Part shown: in pieces, positions 40,977 to 51,281 of the stretch
How positions within the stretch are numbered: position 1 is the stretch's first letter
Layout: each line of letters opens with the position of its first letter
From: an uncultured delta proteobacterium
Lineage (GTDB): Bacteria; Desulfobacterota; Zymogenia; Zymogenales; Zymogenaceae
Length of the DNA: 64,000 nucleotides
Assembly: GCA_963735595.1 (NCBI GenBank)
Contig: CAVTLK010000001.1
Span: forward strand, 928,001 to 992,000
Reading direction: 5' to 3'
Translations under genes and position numbers: made by a program
The notes under the pieces: model-generated
What the model saw: only the letters and a program-made list of their open reading frames with translations
What the model was told of the DNA's origin: nothing
The model's database searches: none

Positions 40977-41801
40977 TCAGTTAGTCCGCTTTTTCGCTTG
41001 CCTGTTCGGGTTCGTCCGCGCACACGGGACGGCCGTCTGGCACTTGCCGCACCCGCCGGCATAGATGTTGCCGTACTTCTGCGGGTATTCGGTAAGTATC
41101 TTTTCCGCGATGAAGTTCATACAGGTGATGTGGTCCTTCTTCTCGGCGGTGACGGCGCCGGCGGGGCACCGGCCGATGCAGTCTCCGCAGGTCCCATCGG
41201 CGTCGTAGATACAGTTTTCCATGAGCGAGGCGGCCGTCCGCGGCGTGTGCGAAAGCGGAAGGTCGCTGATAACCGAGCCGAAGCGCCCGGCGCAGCCCTT
41301 TTCGGTGATGAACGAATAGGAGAGGCAGAAAGTCCCCAATCCGGCGATATAGGCGGTGTGCCGCTCCGACCAGTTGCTGGTGGTGGGCAGCATCACGAAC
41401 CGGTCGGTGCGCGGGGGCGCCACCGCCCGGTGCCCGGCCTGCGTGATTGCGCCGGCCACGTGATCGCGCAGCGCGTTGTTAAATTCTTCGCCCCAGAAAC
41501 GCGCGAGGTACCATTCCTTTGACGGCATCCCCTCGACGCGGTTGCTTTCGACGATCTCCTTGCTGAACGGGAGAAAGTAGGAGACGACGCTACGCGCCCC
41601 CGGCAGCCACTCGTCGGGAGACTGGTGGTGCGGCCCGATAATCCCTTCCTTCTTGAGTTGGCCGTACATCGGGTCTCCGGCCGCCGCGAAGGCCACCAGC
41701 GGCTCCTCGTATATCCGAAGACCAGGGATCGCCGGGATGGCGTTCCTCGAATCGGCTGCCACAAACGCCGTAATCAATTCGCGAATCCGGCTATTGTCCA
41801 T
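40977..41801 (-). CDS. QueG/reductive-dehalogenase-like 2x[4Fe-4S] protein (copy 1)
   Basis: SNWSERH.AY.AGLG.F, G.AGRFGS, CGDCIGRCP and CGKCQTAVPC. Confidence 0.8.
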   Translation of the reverse strand: MDNSRIRELITAFVAADSRNAIPAIPGLRIYEEPLVAFAAAGDPMYGQLKKEGIIGPHHQSPDEWLPGARSVVSYFLPFSKEIVESNRVEGMPSKEWYLARFWGEEFNNALRDHVAGAITQAGHRAVAPPRTDRFVMLPTTSNWSERHTAYIAGLGTFCLSYSFITEKGCAGRFGSVISDLPLSHTPRTAASLMENCIYDADGTCGDCIGRCPAGAVTAEKKDHITCMNFIAEKILTEYPQKYGNIYAGGCGKCQTAVPCARTNPNRQAKKRTN

Positions 41802-41813
41802 GCGACTGTAACC

Positions 41814-42627
41814 TCACTTCTTTTTTCTGGGATTTAGGCGCGCGCACGGAACCGCCGTCTGGCACTTGCCGCAGCAGAGGGATCGTATCCCTCCGTATTT
41901 CTCCCGGTACAGGGGGACTACCCGCTCCCGCAGGAAGCTCAGGCAGGCGGCGTGGTCTTTTTTTTTCGGCGGTAATCGCGTTGACGGGGCAGCGGGTGAT
42001 ACAGACCCCGCAGCCGCCGTCGCCTTCGCCCAGGCAGTTTGCGCGAAGCGACAGGATCGTTCGCGGAGACGGCGGCAGGTCGAGGTCGGTGACGACCGAG
42101 CCGAACCGGCCGGCGCACCCCTTCTCGGTGATGAACGAATAGGAAAGGCCGAAGCTGCCCATCCCCGCGATATAGGCGGTGTGGCGCTCCGACCAGTTGC
42201 TGGTTCCGGGCTGCATGAGGAACCGGCCGTCCCGCATCGGGGCGACCGCCGCATGCCCTTCCCCTTTGATCTCATTTGCCACGTGGTCCCGAAGGGCATT
42301 GTTGAAGGTCTCGCCCCAGTGATAAGCGAGATACCACTCCCCCGAGGGCGGGCCCTCGGGCCGGTTGCTCTCCACGATGCGGTCGGTAAAGGGGAGAAAC
42401 CAGGCCACGACGCTTCGGGCGCCGGAAAGCCATTCGTCAGGTCCCCTATGGTAGGGCCCGATCACGCCGCTTTGGGAGAGCGCCGCGTACAGCCGGTCGT
42501 CTGCGGCGGCAAAGGCAACCAGCGGCTCCCTGAAGATCGGGAGGCCCGGGCTCTCAGGAATGGCATTGCCGTGATCGCCGGCCACGAACGCCCTGATAAG
42601 GTCAACAATCCGATCGCGTGTAATCAT
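41814..42627 (-). CDS. QueG/reductive-dehalogenase-like 2x[4Fe-4S] protein (copy 2; frameshift in the T-run near 41960)
   Basis: Same motifs. The C-terminal CCGKCQTAVPC is in the 41814-42299 frame. Confidence 0.78.
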
Positions 42628-42651
42628 CTCGCTTCCGGCCGTCGGCTGTTC

Positions 42652-43098
42652 TTACTTGGTCTCCTTGGTGACGATCAGGTTTTCCAATCCAAGCTCCTTG
42701 AGGATAACCGGGAACATCCCGAACGCGGGGCGCACCACGGGCAGCAGCTTCATCATGGCCGTTATCTTGCCGCCCTGCTTGACCTTACCGCGCGTGACGG
42801 CGGCCACCGGGTTTTCGAGGCCGTGCCAGAAGCTGTGCGAGAAATCGGCGGCCTGCTTGGACCAGACGTCTTCCTTCAGCTCGCAGGGGCCCAGGTAGTA
42901 GTTGCCGTGCATGCCTTCTTTTTTCGGCGGGTTCTTCAGGTCGATGGTGATCTCGGAATCGGGGTCGGTGTATATGAACCTGATGATGATGCCGGCCTTG
43001 CTCATCTTCGGCCCGATCTTGGGGTCGGTGAGGATTCGATTCATAAAGTAGCCGTAGATCTTGTAGAGGTCGTCGGCGTCTTTATAGTACTTTCCCAT
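42652..43098 (-). CDS. SCP2 sterol-carrier-like protein
   Basis: AD..HSFWHG..NPVAAVTRGKVK.GG....MKLLP pattern. Confidence 0.7.
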   Translation of the reverse strand: MGKYYKDADDLYKIYGYFMNRILTDPKIGPKMSKAGIIIRFIYTDPDSEITIDLKNPPKKEGMHGNYYLGPCELKEDVWSKQAADFSHSFWHGLENPVAAVTRGKVKQGGKITAMMKLLPVVRPAFGMFPVILKELGLENLIVTKETK

Positions 43099-43235
43099 GG
43101 GAGGCCTCCTTGATATTACGTTGTATCATAGTGGCCGGTATGCACCGGCGACCCAGCAAGCGGGCGGCATGAATTCCGCCCGTACGGGCCCTCATATAGC
43201 TATGCTTGAACCACCATACTGCCGGCGAACACGCT

Positions 43236-44402
43236 CTACTTGCCCTTCCGCTGGTCGAATCTCCTGCCGAACAGCAGGCTTGCCATCGTGATCCTGAGCA
43301 TCTGCACGGTGCCGCCTGCCACCCGCCAGGCCATTGCGTCACGCGCCATTCGCTCCACGGGGAATTCCGTCGAATAGCCGTACCCGCCGAATATCTGCAT
43401 CGCGGAGACCGCCACCTCAACGGCCATCTCGTTGGCGAAGCACTTGCCCATCGCCGCCTCATAGACCGAGGGAAAGCCCCTGCCCGCCCCGCACGCCGCG
43501 CGGTAAACCAACAGCCGCGCCGCGTCCAGCTTCATTGCCATATCGACGATTTTGAACTGGACGTCCTGGAACTCGCAGATAGGCCGCCCGAAGGCGCTGC
43601 GCTCCTGGGCGTATGCCTTGGCCGCCTCCAGCGCACCCCCCGCGGTGCCCAGGCACATGGCGGCGTTTCCGCACCGCTCCACGTCAAACGTCGACATGAG
43701 GTTGACGAACTCCCCCTCTTTGACGACGAGGTTCTCCTTGGGGACCTTGACGTCCTCGAAGATCAGGTCGCAGGACGGCATGGCCCGTAGCCCCATGAAG
43801 ACCTCCTGCTTCCCGAAGGAAAACCCGGGCATCCCGTTTTCCACCAGCAGCCCGCCGATCCCCTTATAGCCCGGGGTATCGCCGAGCCGGCAGTAGACCA
43901 TGTAGTGGCTGGCGTGCCCGCCGCCGGTGATAAACGTCTTCGTGCCGTTGAGCAGGTAGTGGTCGCCCTTGTCCACGGCCTTGGTGGTCAGCGCCGTCAG
44001 GTCGGAGCCGGCCTCCGGCTCCGTCATGCAGACGGAGACCGAACGCTCTCCCTTGCAGACTTTGGGGATGATCTCCTTTTTCTGCTTTTCCGACCCGTAC
44101 CGGTCGATGACCCGGACGGGGCCGACATTCGATTCAAAGACCGGCGCGGCGATCATCGGCGAGAACTTGGCCAGCTCCTCGACGGCCAGCACCGCGTTGA
44201 GGACGGGCTGCCCCCCGCCGCCGTTCTCCTCCGAAAGCGTCATGCCCAATAAACCCAGCTCGGCGTACTTGGCCATGAGGTGGTAGGGAAACTCCCCGGT
44301 AGCATCGATTTTTTTCGCCAGTTCCTTGAAGTTCTCCCGCTCCCCCATCGTCCTGAGCGTCTCGACGAGCATCTTTTGTTCGTCGGTAAGATTGAAATCC
44401 AT
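43236..44402 (-). CDS. Acyl-CoA dehydrogenase
   Basis: CMTEPEAGSD, NGTKTFIT, R..FGRPI..FQ, QIFGGYGY and AGGT. Confidence 0.92.
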   Translation of the reverse strand: MDFNLTDEQKMLVETLRTMGERENFKELAKKIDATGEFPYHLMAKYAELGLLGMTLSEENGGGGQPVLNAVLAVEELAKFSPMIAAPVFESNVGPVRVIDRYGSEKQKKEIIPKVCKGERSVSVCMTEPEAGSDLTALTTKAVDKGDHYLLNGTKTFITGGGHASHYMVYCRLGDTPGYKGIGGLLVENGMPGFSFGKQEVFMGLRAMPSCDLIFEDVKVPKENLVVKEGEFVNLMSTFDVERCGNAAMCLGTAGGALEAAKAYAQERSAFGRPICEFQDVQFKIVDMAMKLDAARLLVYRAACGAGRGFPSVYEAAMGKCFANEMAVEVAVSAMQIFGGYGYSTEFPVERMARDAMAWRVAGGTVQMLRITMASLLFGRRFDQRKGK

Positions 44403-44415
44403 GTTCCGTCCTTTC

Positions 44416-45784
44416 TCAAATATTTTTGGTGATCTGTGTGATATCCGTGACCGTTTCGAGCTTGAGTATTCCGTCGATAAGGGCGTTGAGCTTTTTCACG
44501 TCCCGCTTTCCGGCAAACAGGCGCACCTTTTTTGCCACGGCATCGCTTGTCATGGGGTCGCGCGGGTCGCCCGCGGGCATATCGACCTGCCTGGTGATCT
44601 TTTCGCCGGTCTTCAGGGTAATCTCGACGCGGCTGGCGGTCTTGCCGGGATAGAGCTTATTGAGCTCATCGTCGTAGTTGACCGTGACTTTTTTCGTAAA
44701 CTCGATCAGCGCCGGGTCCGAGAGCCGCTTTTCGGTAAGCTGGACCGGGCCGACCATGCCGTCGGCGATCGCGACCGACACGACGTACGGGATGGAGAAC
44801 TGGGCGTTGACGAAACTATCGTTGAGGACCACCGGTTTCCCGACAGCCAGTACCGCGATCCCGTAGGTGAAGACGTCGACCTTCTCCACGTCCTTCGGGC
44901 CGATTTTCTTTTCGGCCACGAGTTCGATCGTCGCCTGGGCCGACCCGTGCGTGTGCCGGCAGGCGGTATAGGGCTTGAAGTAGATATCGAGGATCGTGAG
45001 GCGTTCTCCCAGTTTGTCGGTGATCCGCTCGAACGCCGGGGGTTGGTCGGTGGTGATCTTGCAGAAACCGCCGTTAAGCTTGGAGCCCTCAAAGACGTTG
45101 GGCATCCCCGTGACGCCGGCGGCGGCCAATTCGGCCGCCAGGAGCCCGCTCTGCGCGGCCTTGCCACCCTGCACGACCTTGACCGTAAAGCCTCCCATGA
45201 GCTGCTCGGCCATGGACAGCGGAACCAGGTAGCCGGCGCAGCCCAGCGCCGAAAGCGTCGTCGCCTTATCCAGCCCCATGAGCTTTGCGGCCGCTATCGC
45301 CGCGCCGAAGGTGCCGGTAGTGCCGGTTGGCAGGAATCCCGAGAGTGTGTGCCGGGGATGGACGGATGCCGCCGCCCGGTCGGCCGCTTCGTAACCCGCG
45401 ACGACGGCAGCGATAACGTCCTTGCCGCCTTTTCCGTTTCTCTCGGCCAGCGCCAGGGCCGTCGGGATCACCGCGGTGCCGGGGTGGTTTCCGCCGAAGC
45501 GCAGGCCGTCCTGCGCCTCTATAGCCTCGGCCGTCACGCCGTTGAGAAACACGGCCTCGAGAATGGGCGCCGAAAACCCGCACCCGAGGCAGGTGACGGG
45601 TCCGCCTGCCGCCGAGCGACTTGACCGTCGAGACGATGCGGGCGACCGCGTCAAGCTCCAGCGATCCGTAGACATTGGCGACGTAGTCCAGGATGCAGAG
45701 CTTGGCCTTTTCAATAACGTCGGCGGACAGCATATCATAGGTGAGATCGTGACAGAAATCAGAGAGTATCTTTGAATAGTCCAT
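44416..45784 (-). CDS. MmgE/PrpD family protein (one frameshift near 45605)
   Basis: AKLCILD, NG...AIE.QDG...HPG, GYE, YFKPYTACRHTH, AQFSIPY and GDPRDPM. Confidence 0.88.
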
Positions 45785-45833
45785 AATCATTCCCCGTGAT
45801 TACTTCTATGAAAACGGAGTCTTCCTCGGACGT

Positions 45834-46634
45834 CTATACGTATCCCCGCTTCTCGTATATCTTTATCATCCGGTGGGGGTCGAGGATCTCCCGCATGACC
45901 CTGAGCTCCTCGGCCCGCGGCGGCTCGGTCTCGAAGACGTCGGGGGAGACCTTCAGGTCCCAGGGGGTGCTCTTCCTTATCTCCTCAACGGAGCTTCCCG
46001 GATGATACGAGGCAAGGTAGGCCTCCTTGGTCTTGTCGTCGAACCGCATGACCGCCTTGTTGGTGATGAGCGCCGTGGGGCCGGTGCCGGGGGGAAGACC
46101 CCATTTTTCCCTGGCCCCCGGGCCGTCGATGTAGCCGGGTGTCGTGATGAAATCGACCCGTTCGGAGAGCCTCCTGGTATCGTGGAGGGCAATGATGAGG
46201 ACCCGCTTGACGAGGGACCCTATCGGGTTTGCCCCGCCGCTGCCGGGCAGACGGTTCTTGGGGGCGGCGTAGTCGCCGATAACGGTGGTGTTGACGTTTC
46301 CGTACTTATCCACCTGGGAGCCCGCCAGGAATCCCACGTCCACCCAGCCCTTCTGGAGGAACATCCCCATGATATCGACGAGCCCGCCCACAAACGCGGC
46401 GCCGGGGTTGAGGCACGGATCGCCCACCGAGAGGGCTGGCCGGCGCGGCCGGGCGTCGTAAACGCCGGATTCCTGCATCATCACGGCGTTCGGCGCGTGG
46501 GTGTGCTTGGCGATATTGGCCGACATCGTCGGGAAGCCGGTCCCGACGATGACGACGTCGCTGTCGGCAATCTCCCGTGCTCCGCAGCAGGCCATCAATT
46601 CGGGCTTGATGTAGTCGTTGGGATGCGATGACAT
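45834..46634 (-). CDS. Family I CoA-transferase beta subunit (GctB-like)
   Basis: VGTGFP, QESG (catalytic Glu), QVDKYGNVNTT, RLPGSGGAN and VDFITTPG. Confidence 0.9.
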   Translation of the reverse strand: MSSHPNDYIKPELMACCGAREIADSDVVIVGTGFPTMSANIAKHTHAPNAVMMQESGVYDARPRRPALSVGDPCLNPGAAFVGGLVDIMGMFLQKGWVDVGFLAGSQVDKYGNVNTTVIGDYAAPKNRLPGSGGANPIGSLVKRVLIIALHDTRRLSERVDFITTPGYIDGPGAREKWGLPPGTGPTALITNKAVMRFDDKTKEAYLASYHPGSSVEEIRKSTPWDLKVSPDVFETEPPRAEELRVMREILDPHRMIKIYEKRGYV

Positions 46635-46691
46635 AGGAATAGACCCCGCGAGAAATAATCAGATTTCCGCCGGTGCGGCGGCAGTAACGAC

Positions 46692-47627
46692 CTAATATTC
46701 GTAGCTTACCGGGTAGCTGAAGCCGAAGCGCGCCTGGAGCCGGCGGAATGCCTCCCAGCCGAACTTCTTGATGTAATGGTCTATATAGTCGGCCCGGTCC
46801 TTGGTCCCGTATACCCATTCGTCGAGGAATTCCTTGAACCCCTGCTCGGTGTCGGACGCCTTCTGGTAGAGCGAGCCGAAGACGAAATCGACGTCGTAAA
46901 AACCGGGTGTGTAGCCCGGATGGGACCCGTACGGCTCCTCCACCACGGCCGATACCTTGAAATCGGGAACGATCGTGCGCGAGGGGTCAAGGCCGATCAC
47001 CTCCCGGGAGACGATCCGCTCCGCGGAGACGATGACCTTCTTGCTGGCGTTGGCGCCCCACTGGCAGTCCCCGCCGATCCCCCATATCTGGGCGTTCCCG
47101 TTTTCGTCGGACTGCTGCACGTGGATGATGGCTACGTCGGGGGTGAGCGCCGGCACCAGCAGAACGGGGCTCTTGTCGAAGGGGCTCTCGATCATCTTGT
47201 ATTTGTTATCCCCCATGAACCCCTTCACGTTCATGAGGTCGGTGCCCACCATGTCCTTAACCGGCACAAACGGCATGCCCATGGCGCCGGACATGAGCAT
47301 CAGCGGCAGTGAGAGATTGGAGTATTCTTCCAGCTCGATCTTGTGGGGGATTGACTTCTCGATTGACCTGCGGTAGCAGCGCCCCAGCCCGTAGACCCCC
47401 AGAGACAGGAACGTCGCGATGAACCGTTTCACGCAGCCGGCCCCGATCAGCATATCAAAATCGTCGGCGGCGTTGCTCCGGGTGATGGTGAGGTCCTTTT
47501 TACCCTGGCGGATGATCTCGTGGACGGCCGAAAAGGGGGTGCGGCAGATATAGCCGCCGATATAGACAAAATCGCCGTCGGTCACGTGGGCGGCGATTGC
47601 CTCTTTCATGGTGGTGAGTTTACTCAT
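46692..47627 (-). CDS. Family I CoA-transferase alpha subunit (GctA-like)
   Basis: EAI..HV.DGD...GG, HEIIRQ, GAMGMPF.P, PDVAIIHVQ..D..GNA and SAERIV. Confidence 0.9.
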   Translation of the reverse strand: MSKLTTMKEAIAAHVTDGDFVYIGGYICRTPFSAVHEIIRQGKKDLTITRSNAADDFDMLIGAGCVKRFIATFLSLGVYGLGRCYRRSIEKSIPHKIELEEYSNLSLPLMLMSGAMGMPFVPVKDMVGTDLMNVKGFMGDNKYKMIESPFDKSPVLLVPALTPDVAIIHVQQSDENGNAQIWGIGGDCQWGANASKKVIVSAERIVSREVIGLDPSRTIVPDFKVSAVVEEPYGSHPGYTPGFYDVDFVFGSLYQKASDTEQGFKEFLDEWVYGTKDRADYIDHYIKKFGWEAFRRLQARFGFSYPVSYEY

Positions 47628-47664
47628 GTGCTACCCAAGAGAAAGGTGTGCTATTCTCAATAAA

Positions 47665-47867
47665 GGCGTCCCCGAAGGGGCCGCCTTCCGGATTGCCGCG
47701 TCATCATCACCCCGCGAAGCAGGCTTCGCTCACGACCCCGATAGGAGAGGCGGTCTCCTCGCAATGACGACCTTTAATCGCGGCCCTTTGGGCCGCACCG
47801 AGATTGCCGCGTCGCTTCGCTCCTCGCAATGACGACCTTTTATCCGCGGCCCTGACGGGCCGCCTTC
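47665..47867. repeat. Tandem REP-like palindromic units (GATTGCCGCGTC...CTCCTCGCAATGAC) alternating with GC hairpins
   Basis: Compact copy at about 47800-47833 and an expanded copy at 47691-47768. Each is followed by GACCTTT..CGCGGCCC..GGGCCGC. Confidence 0.7.
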
Positions 47868-47869
47868 TT

Positions 47870-50251
47870 CTAGATTTCGTACATGGTCCGGCAGATGATC
47901 TCGTCCTGAGCCGTATCCGAAAGCCCCGTAAAGAGGACCGAATAGCCGCTGATCCTGACCACGAGGTCTTTATGCTTTTCCGGCTCCTTCTGTGCCGCCT
48001 TCAGGACATCGGTGTCGACCATGTTGAACTGCACCTGCATGCCCCCCTTGTCGAAGTAGGTCTTGATGAAGGCAAGCAGGTTCTCCGGCCTGATCGACTT
48101 TCCGGGGAAGCGCAGGTTGAGGTTTGCCCCGTTGTGGAGCCTGGCCAGGGGGAGCTTGACCACGGAGTTTGCCACGGCGGTGGGCCCGTTCATGGCGTTG
48201 CCGGTGGTCGGCGTCAGCCCGTTGCCCAGGATATCGCCGGAGCTGCGGCCGTCGGGTGTCGCGGCGGTAAACGATCCCATCGCCAGGTGGAACCCGACCG
48301 AGAATATCCCCGGCCAGAACGAGCCGCCGCGGTAATTCTTGTGTTTTCCCAGCTCGTCGCAGAAGCTGTCGACGACCCACGCGGCCATCGCGTCCACCTC
48401 GTCGACGTCGTTGCCGTATTTGGGGATCTTCGTCAGGAAATAGGTCCGCTTGTCCTCGGCGTCCGTCCAGTCGTCGGAGAGATGCCCGACAAGCTCTCCG
48501 ATCGTCATGACCTTATCCTCGAAGACCGCCTTCTTGACGCCATACAGGCTGTCGGCGACGTTGGCAAAACCCATCTGCTGGACGCCGGTGGAGTTATAGA
48601 CGGCGCCGCCGGCCGTGGCGTCCTTTCCCTTTTCGAGGCATCCGCCGATCAGCGCCGAGGCGAAGGGAGAAGGAACGAGCTCGGCGACGGCCTGATCCAT
48701 GCACGCCATCCCCCGGACAACCTGTTTGATGAAGTGAGACTGCTGGGCGGCGTAGGCCTTCTTGACGTCCTCGAAAGACGTAAATTCCGCCGGGTCGCCC
48801 GTTTCGAGGCCCGACTGATAGCCAAAGGTGTTGTCGATCCCGTTGGAGAGCGCCAGTTCCATGCACTTGATCCCGTTGAACTGAACCGCGAAGGTGGAGC
48901 CGTAGGTCTTGCCCTGGGCGTTGGGCTCCAGGCAGCCCACCGGCCCGTAGTCACGGGCATCGGCGATCGTGTGGCCGCCGGCCGTCAGGGCTTTAACGAC
49001 TGCCTCGTCGTTGAAGAAGTGCATCAGGACCCCTTCCTTGGCGTAGCCGACCGCCCGCATGAAGAAGTCGCGGGGCGTCTTTTCGGAGATCCTGACCCCG
49101 AAGTTGGGCTGGACCGTCCTGATATCGGCGTAGGCATCCAGGCCGATATAGGTCATCTCCGTGACGGCGTCGTTGCCCTTCTCGTCGATCCCTCCGACGA
49201 CGACGTTCTGGGTCGTCTTCCCCTCGGTACCCTCGCCGCCGGGGATAAACGTTTCTTCAAGGACATTCCATATTTCGCACATCTTGAGGAACATGAGCGA
49301 CAGGAGCTCCTTGGCTCCGTCATAGGTGATCCTTCCCTCCTTCTTGTCTGCCTCATAGTAGGGAGAGAGGATCCGGTCGATGCGCCCCAATGAAATCGAG
49401 TTTCCGCCCGACTCGATCTGGGAGATCAGGTGAACGAAATAGACCGATTGGACGGCCTCACGGTAGCTCCGGGCGGGGTGCTCGGGGACGCGGGCGCAGA
49501 CCCGGGCGATCTCGGCAAGCTCCGCCTTGCGGGCCGGGTCTTTTTCACTTTCGGCCAGGCGGGATGCCTCCAGAGCGTAGCGGTTGGCAAACCTGATCGC
49601 GGCCTCGAGCGACCGGATAACGGCTTCGTAAAAAAGCCCCGCATCGCCCTTCTTCGGGGCGGCGGGTAAGGCCGCGAGTTTCCCCTGGGCCTCCTTGATA
49701 ATCCCTCTGAGGCCGACCTTCAGCAGCTTTTCGTGATCCATCGTAAAATGGCCGACGCCGTAGGTGATCTCCAGCATCATCGTGAAGATATATTTATCCA
49801 TGTCGTCGGTGACGTCTGCAGGAAGCAGCTCGGTGAGGCGCTCTTCCACCGTCTTGCCCCGCCAGAAGGGGAGGATCTCATCGGTGAGTTCCTTTTGTTC
49901 GGCCTCGGTAATGAGCGCCCGCTGGATAACCCGCTGATTAAAGCCTTCGAGGTCCCCCTCGATCCACTGGGACTTATTCTCGGGGAAGAGCGGCGCACCC
50001 TTTTTCTTCTCCGTCCGTGACCCGACGATCAGCTCATCGTCCCGGATGACCACGCTGATGTTATCGAGGATTTCCGCCAGCGCAAGGCTTATCCTTGTCA
50101 GGGAGGGCTCGGCCCAGTGTTTCTTCATGGATGCCGTAAGGTAGCGCGCCCTTTGGACGCTTACCTCCTGCGGGGCATTGACGATCGCTTCCCTCAGTTT
50201 CCAGACCCGGGAAGTCGGGGCTTTTTGCGCGTTGGTCTCTTGGGATAACAT
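47870..50251 (-). CDS. Glycyl-radical enzyme (PFL superfamily, eliminase-like, unknown substrate)
   Basis: I..DELIVG, GVGH, GCLEP Cys loop, PKYGND and C-terminal LVVRISGYS glycyl motif. AAGGAGG RBS before ATG 50251. Confidence 0.92.
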   Translation of the reverse strand: MLSQETNAQKAPTSRVWKLREAIVNAPQEVSVQRARYLTASMKKHWAEPSLTRISLALAEILDNISVVIRDDELIVGSRTEKKKGAPLFPENKSQWIEGDLEGFNQRVIQRALITEAEQKELTDEILPFWRGKTVEERLTELLPADVTDDMDKYIFTMMLEITYGVGHFTMDHEKLLKVGLRGIIKEAQGKLAALPAAPKKGDAGLFYEAVIRSLEAAIRFANRYALEASRLAESEKDPARKAELAEIARVCARVPEHPARSYREAVQSVYFVHLISQIESGGNSISLGRIDRILSPYYEADKKEGRITYDGAKELLSLMFLKMCEIWNVLEETFIPGGEGTEGKTTQNVVVGGIDEKGNDAVTEMTYIGLDAYADIRTVQPNFGVRISEKTPRDFFMRAVGYAKEGVLMHFFNDEAVVKALTAGGHTIADARDYGPVGCLEPNAQGKTYGSTFAVQFNGIKCMELALSNGIDNTFGYQSGLETGDPAEFTSFEDVKKAYAAQQSHFIKQVVRGMACMDQAVAELVPSPFASALIGGCLEKGKDATAGGAVYNSTGVQQMGFANVADSLYGVKKAVFEDKVMTIGELVGHLSDDWTDAEDKRTYFLTKIPKYGNDVDEVDAMAAWVVDSFCDELGKHKNYRGGSFWPGIFSVGFHLAMGSFTAATPDGRSSGDILGNGLTPTTGNAMNGPTAVANSVVKLPLARLHNGANLNLRFPGKSIRPENLLAFIKTYFDKGGMQVQFNMVDTDVLKAAQKEPEKHKDLVVRISGYSVLFTGLSDTAQDEIICRTMYEI

Positions 50252-50345
50252 AGCGGCCTCCTTAGCTGCTTGCGTTTGCTCCCTCATCAAAGATGAGTGT
50301 TATACTATACAATTATCCCACCTGTTTGAGTAACTGGCAACTGTT

Positions 50346-51176
50346 TTATACCTTGATCTTCATGTAACCTACCAGTATAGAATCCTTGATGCGCTTCGGC
50401 AGGAATCGGTTCAGCTTCATCAGGAACGAGTCGGCGAACAGGAGCTGGTTGTAGAACTTGGGCCGATCTTTCTTGAGGATATTCACGATGGTACGGGCGG
50501 CCGCCTCCGGCGTAGGGGCTGACTTGATGAGCTCGTTGTCCCGATCGATGAACCGCTTGACTCGATCGCGATAGGGCGATTTTTCCGGGGGGAGTTTGTG
50601 GATCTTGGCGGCGAACGTGGTGGAAACCTGGGCCGGCTCGATGATGGCGACCCTGATGCCGAAGGGTTTGACCTCGTATTCCATCGACTCGATGAACCCC
50701 GTAATGGCGAACTTGGAGGCCGTGTAGATCGACTCGAACGGAAACGGTATGCGGCCGACGAGCGACGACATGGCGATGAGCTTGCCGCCACCGGCCTTTC
50801 TCATCGACGGGATGAAGGCCTGGAAGATGGCCATCGCCCCGATGACGTTGATCTCGAGGCACTTGAGTGCCTTTTCGAGGTCGATCTCCTCAAAGGGACC
50901 GAAGAAGCCGATCCCGACGTTGGAGAGCACCGTATCGACCGTCCCGTATTTCTTGAGGACGTCGTCCCGGAACTTCAGGATGCCCTTTCGGTTGGTGACG
51001 TCCAGCGCGATCAGGTGGTGATCCCCGCCGCCTGCTTTGAGTTCCTTCTTGAGCGATTCGATGGCGGTTGCGTTCATGTCAAACCCGGCGACGGAATATC
51101 CGTCGGCCGCCATGATCTTGGCAACTTGCCTGCCCATTCCTTCCCCGAGGCCGGTGATGACGATCGTCTTTTTCAT
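50346..51176 (-). CDS. Classical short-chain dehydrogenase/reductase
   Basis: ITGLGEGMG, NVG, SS and YTASK (YxxxK). Confidence 0.9.
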   Translation of the reverse strand: MKKTIVITGLGEGMGRQVAKIMAADGYSVAGFDMNATAIESLKKELKAGGGDHHLIALDVTNRKGILKFRDDVLKKYGTVDTVLSNVGIGFFGPFEEIDLEKALKCLEINVIGAMAIFQAFIPSMRKAGGGKLIAMSSLVGRIPFPFESIYTASKFAITGFIESMEYEVKPFGIRVAIIEPAQVSTTFAAKIHKLPPEKSPYRDRVKRFIDRDNELIKSAPTPEAAARTIVNILKKDRPKFYNQLLFADSFLMKLNRFLPKRIKDSILVGYMKIKV

Positions 51177-51281
51177 AATAGCTCCATTATTATATACGGT
51201 TTATTACACTCAGCTCCAAATCCCGTTCCTATGTCGCGCCGCGGCGGTCGGATAATAGATCACCCGCGGCACTATACGCCG

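Noticed and set aside
41950..41970. Programmed frameshift or phase variation at homopolymer runs (also about 6250, 45605 and 52570)
   Set aside because: Similar 1-bp indels are widespread, including in essential genes, so sequencing error is more parsimonious.
47665..47867. CRISPR mini-array
   Set aside because: Only two unequal palindromic units with conserved rather than unique spacers, and no cas genes.
47870..50251. Pyruvate formate-lyase or benzylsuccinate synthase
   Set aside because: It lacks the PFL adjacent Cys-Cys pair and the Bss-type LCMSP loop and small subunits.
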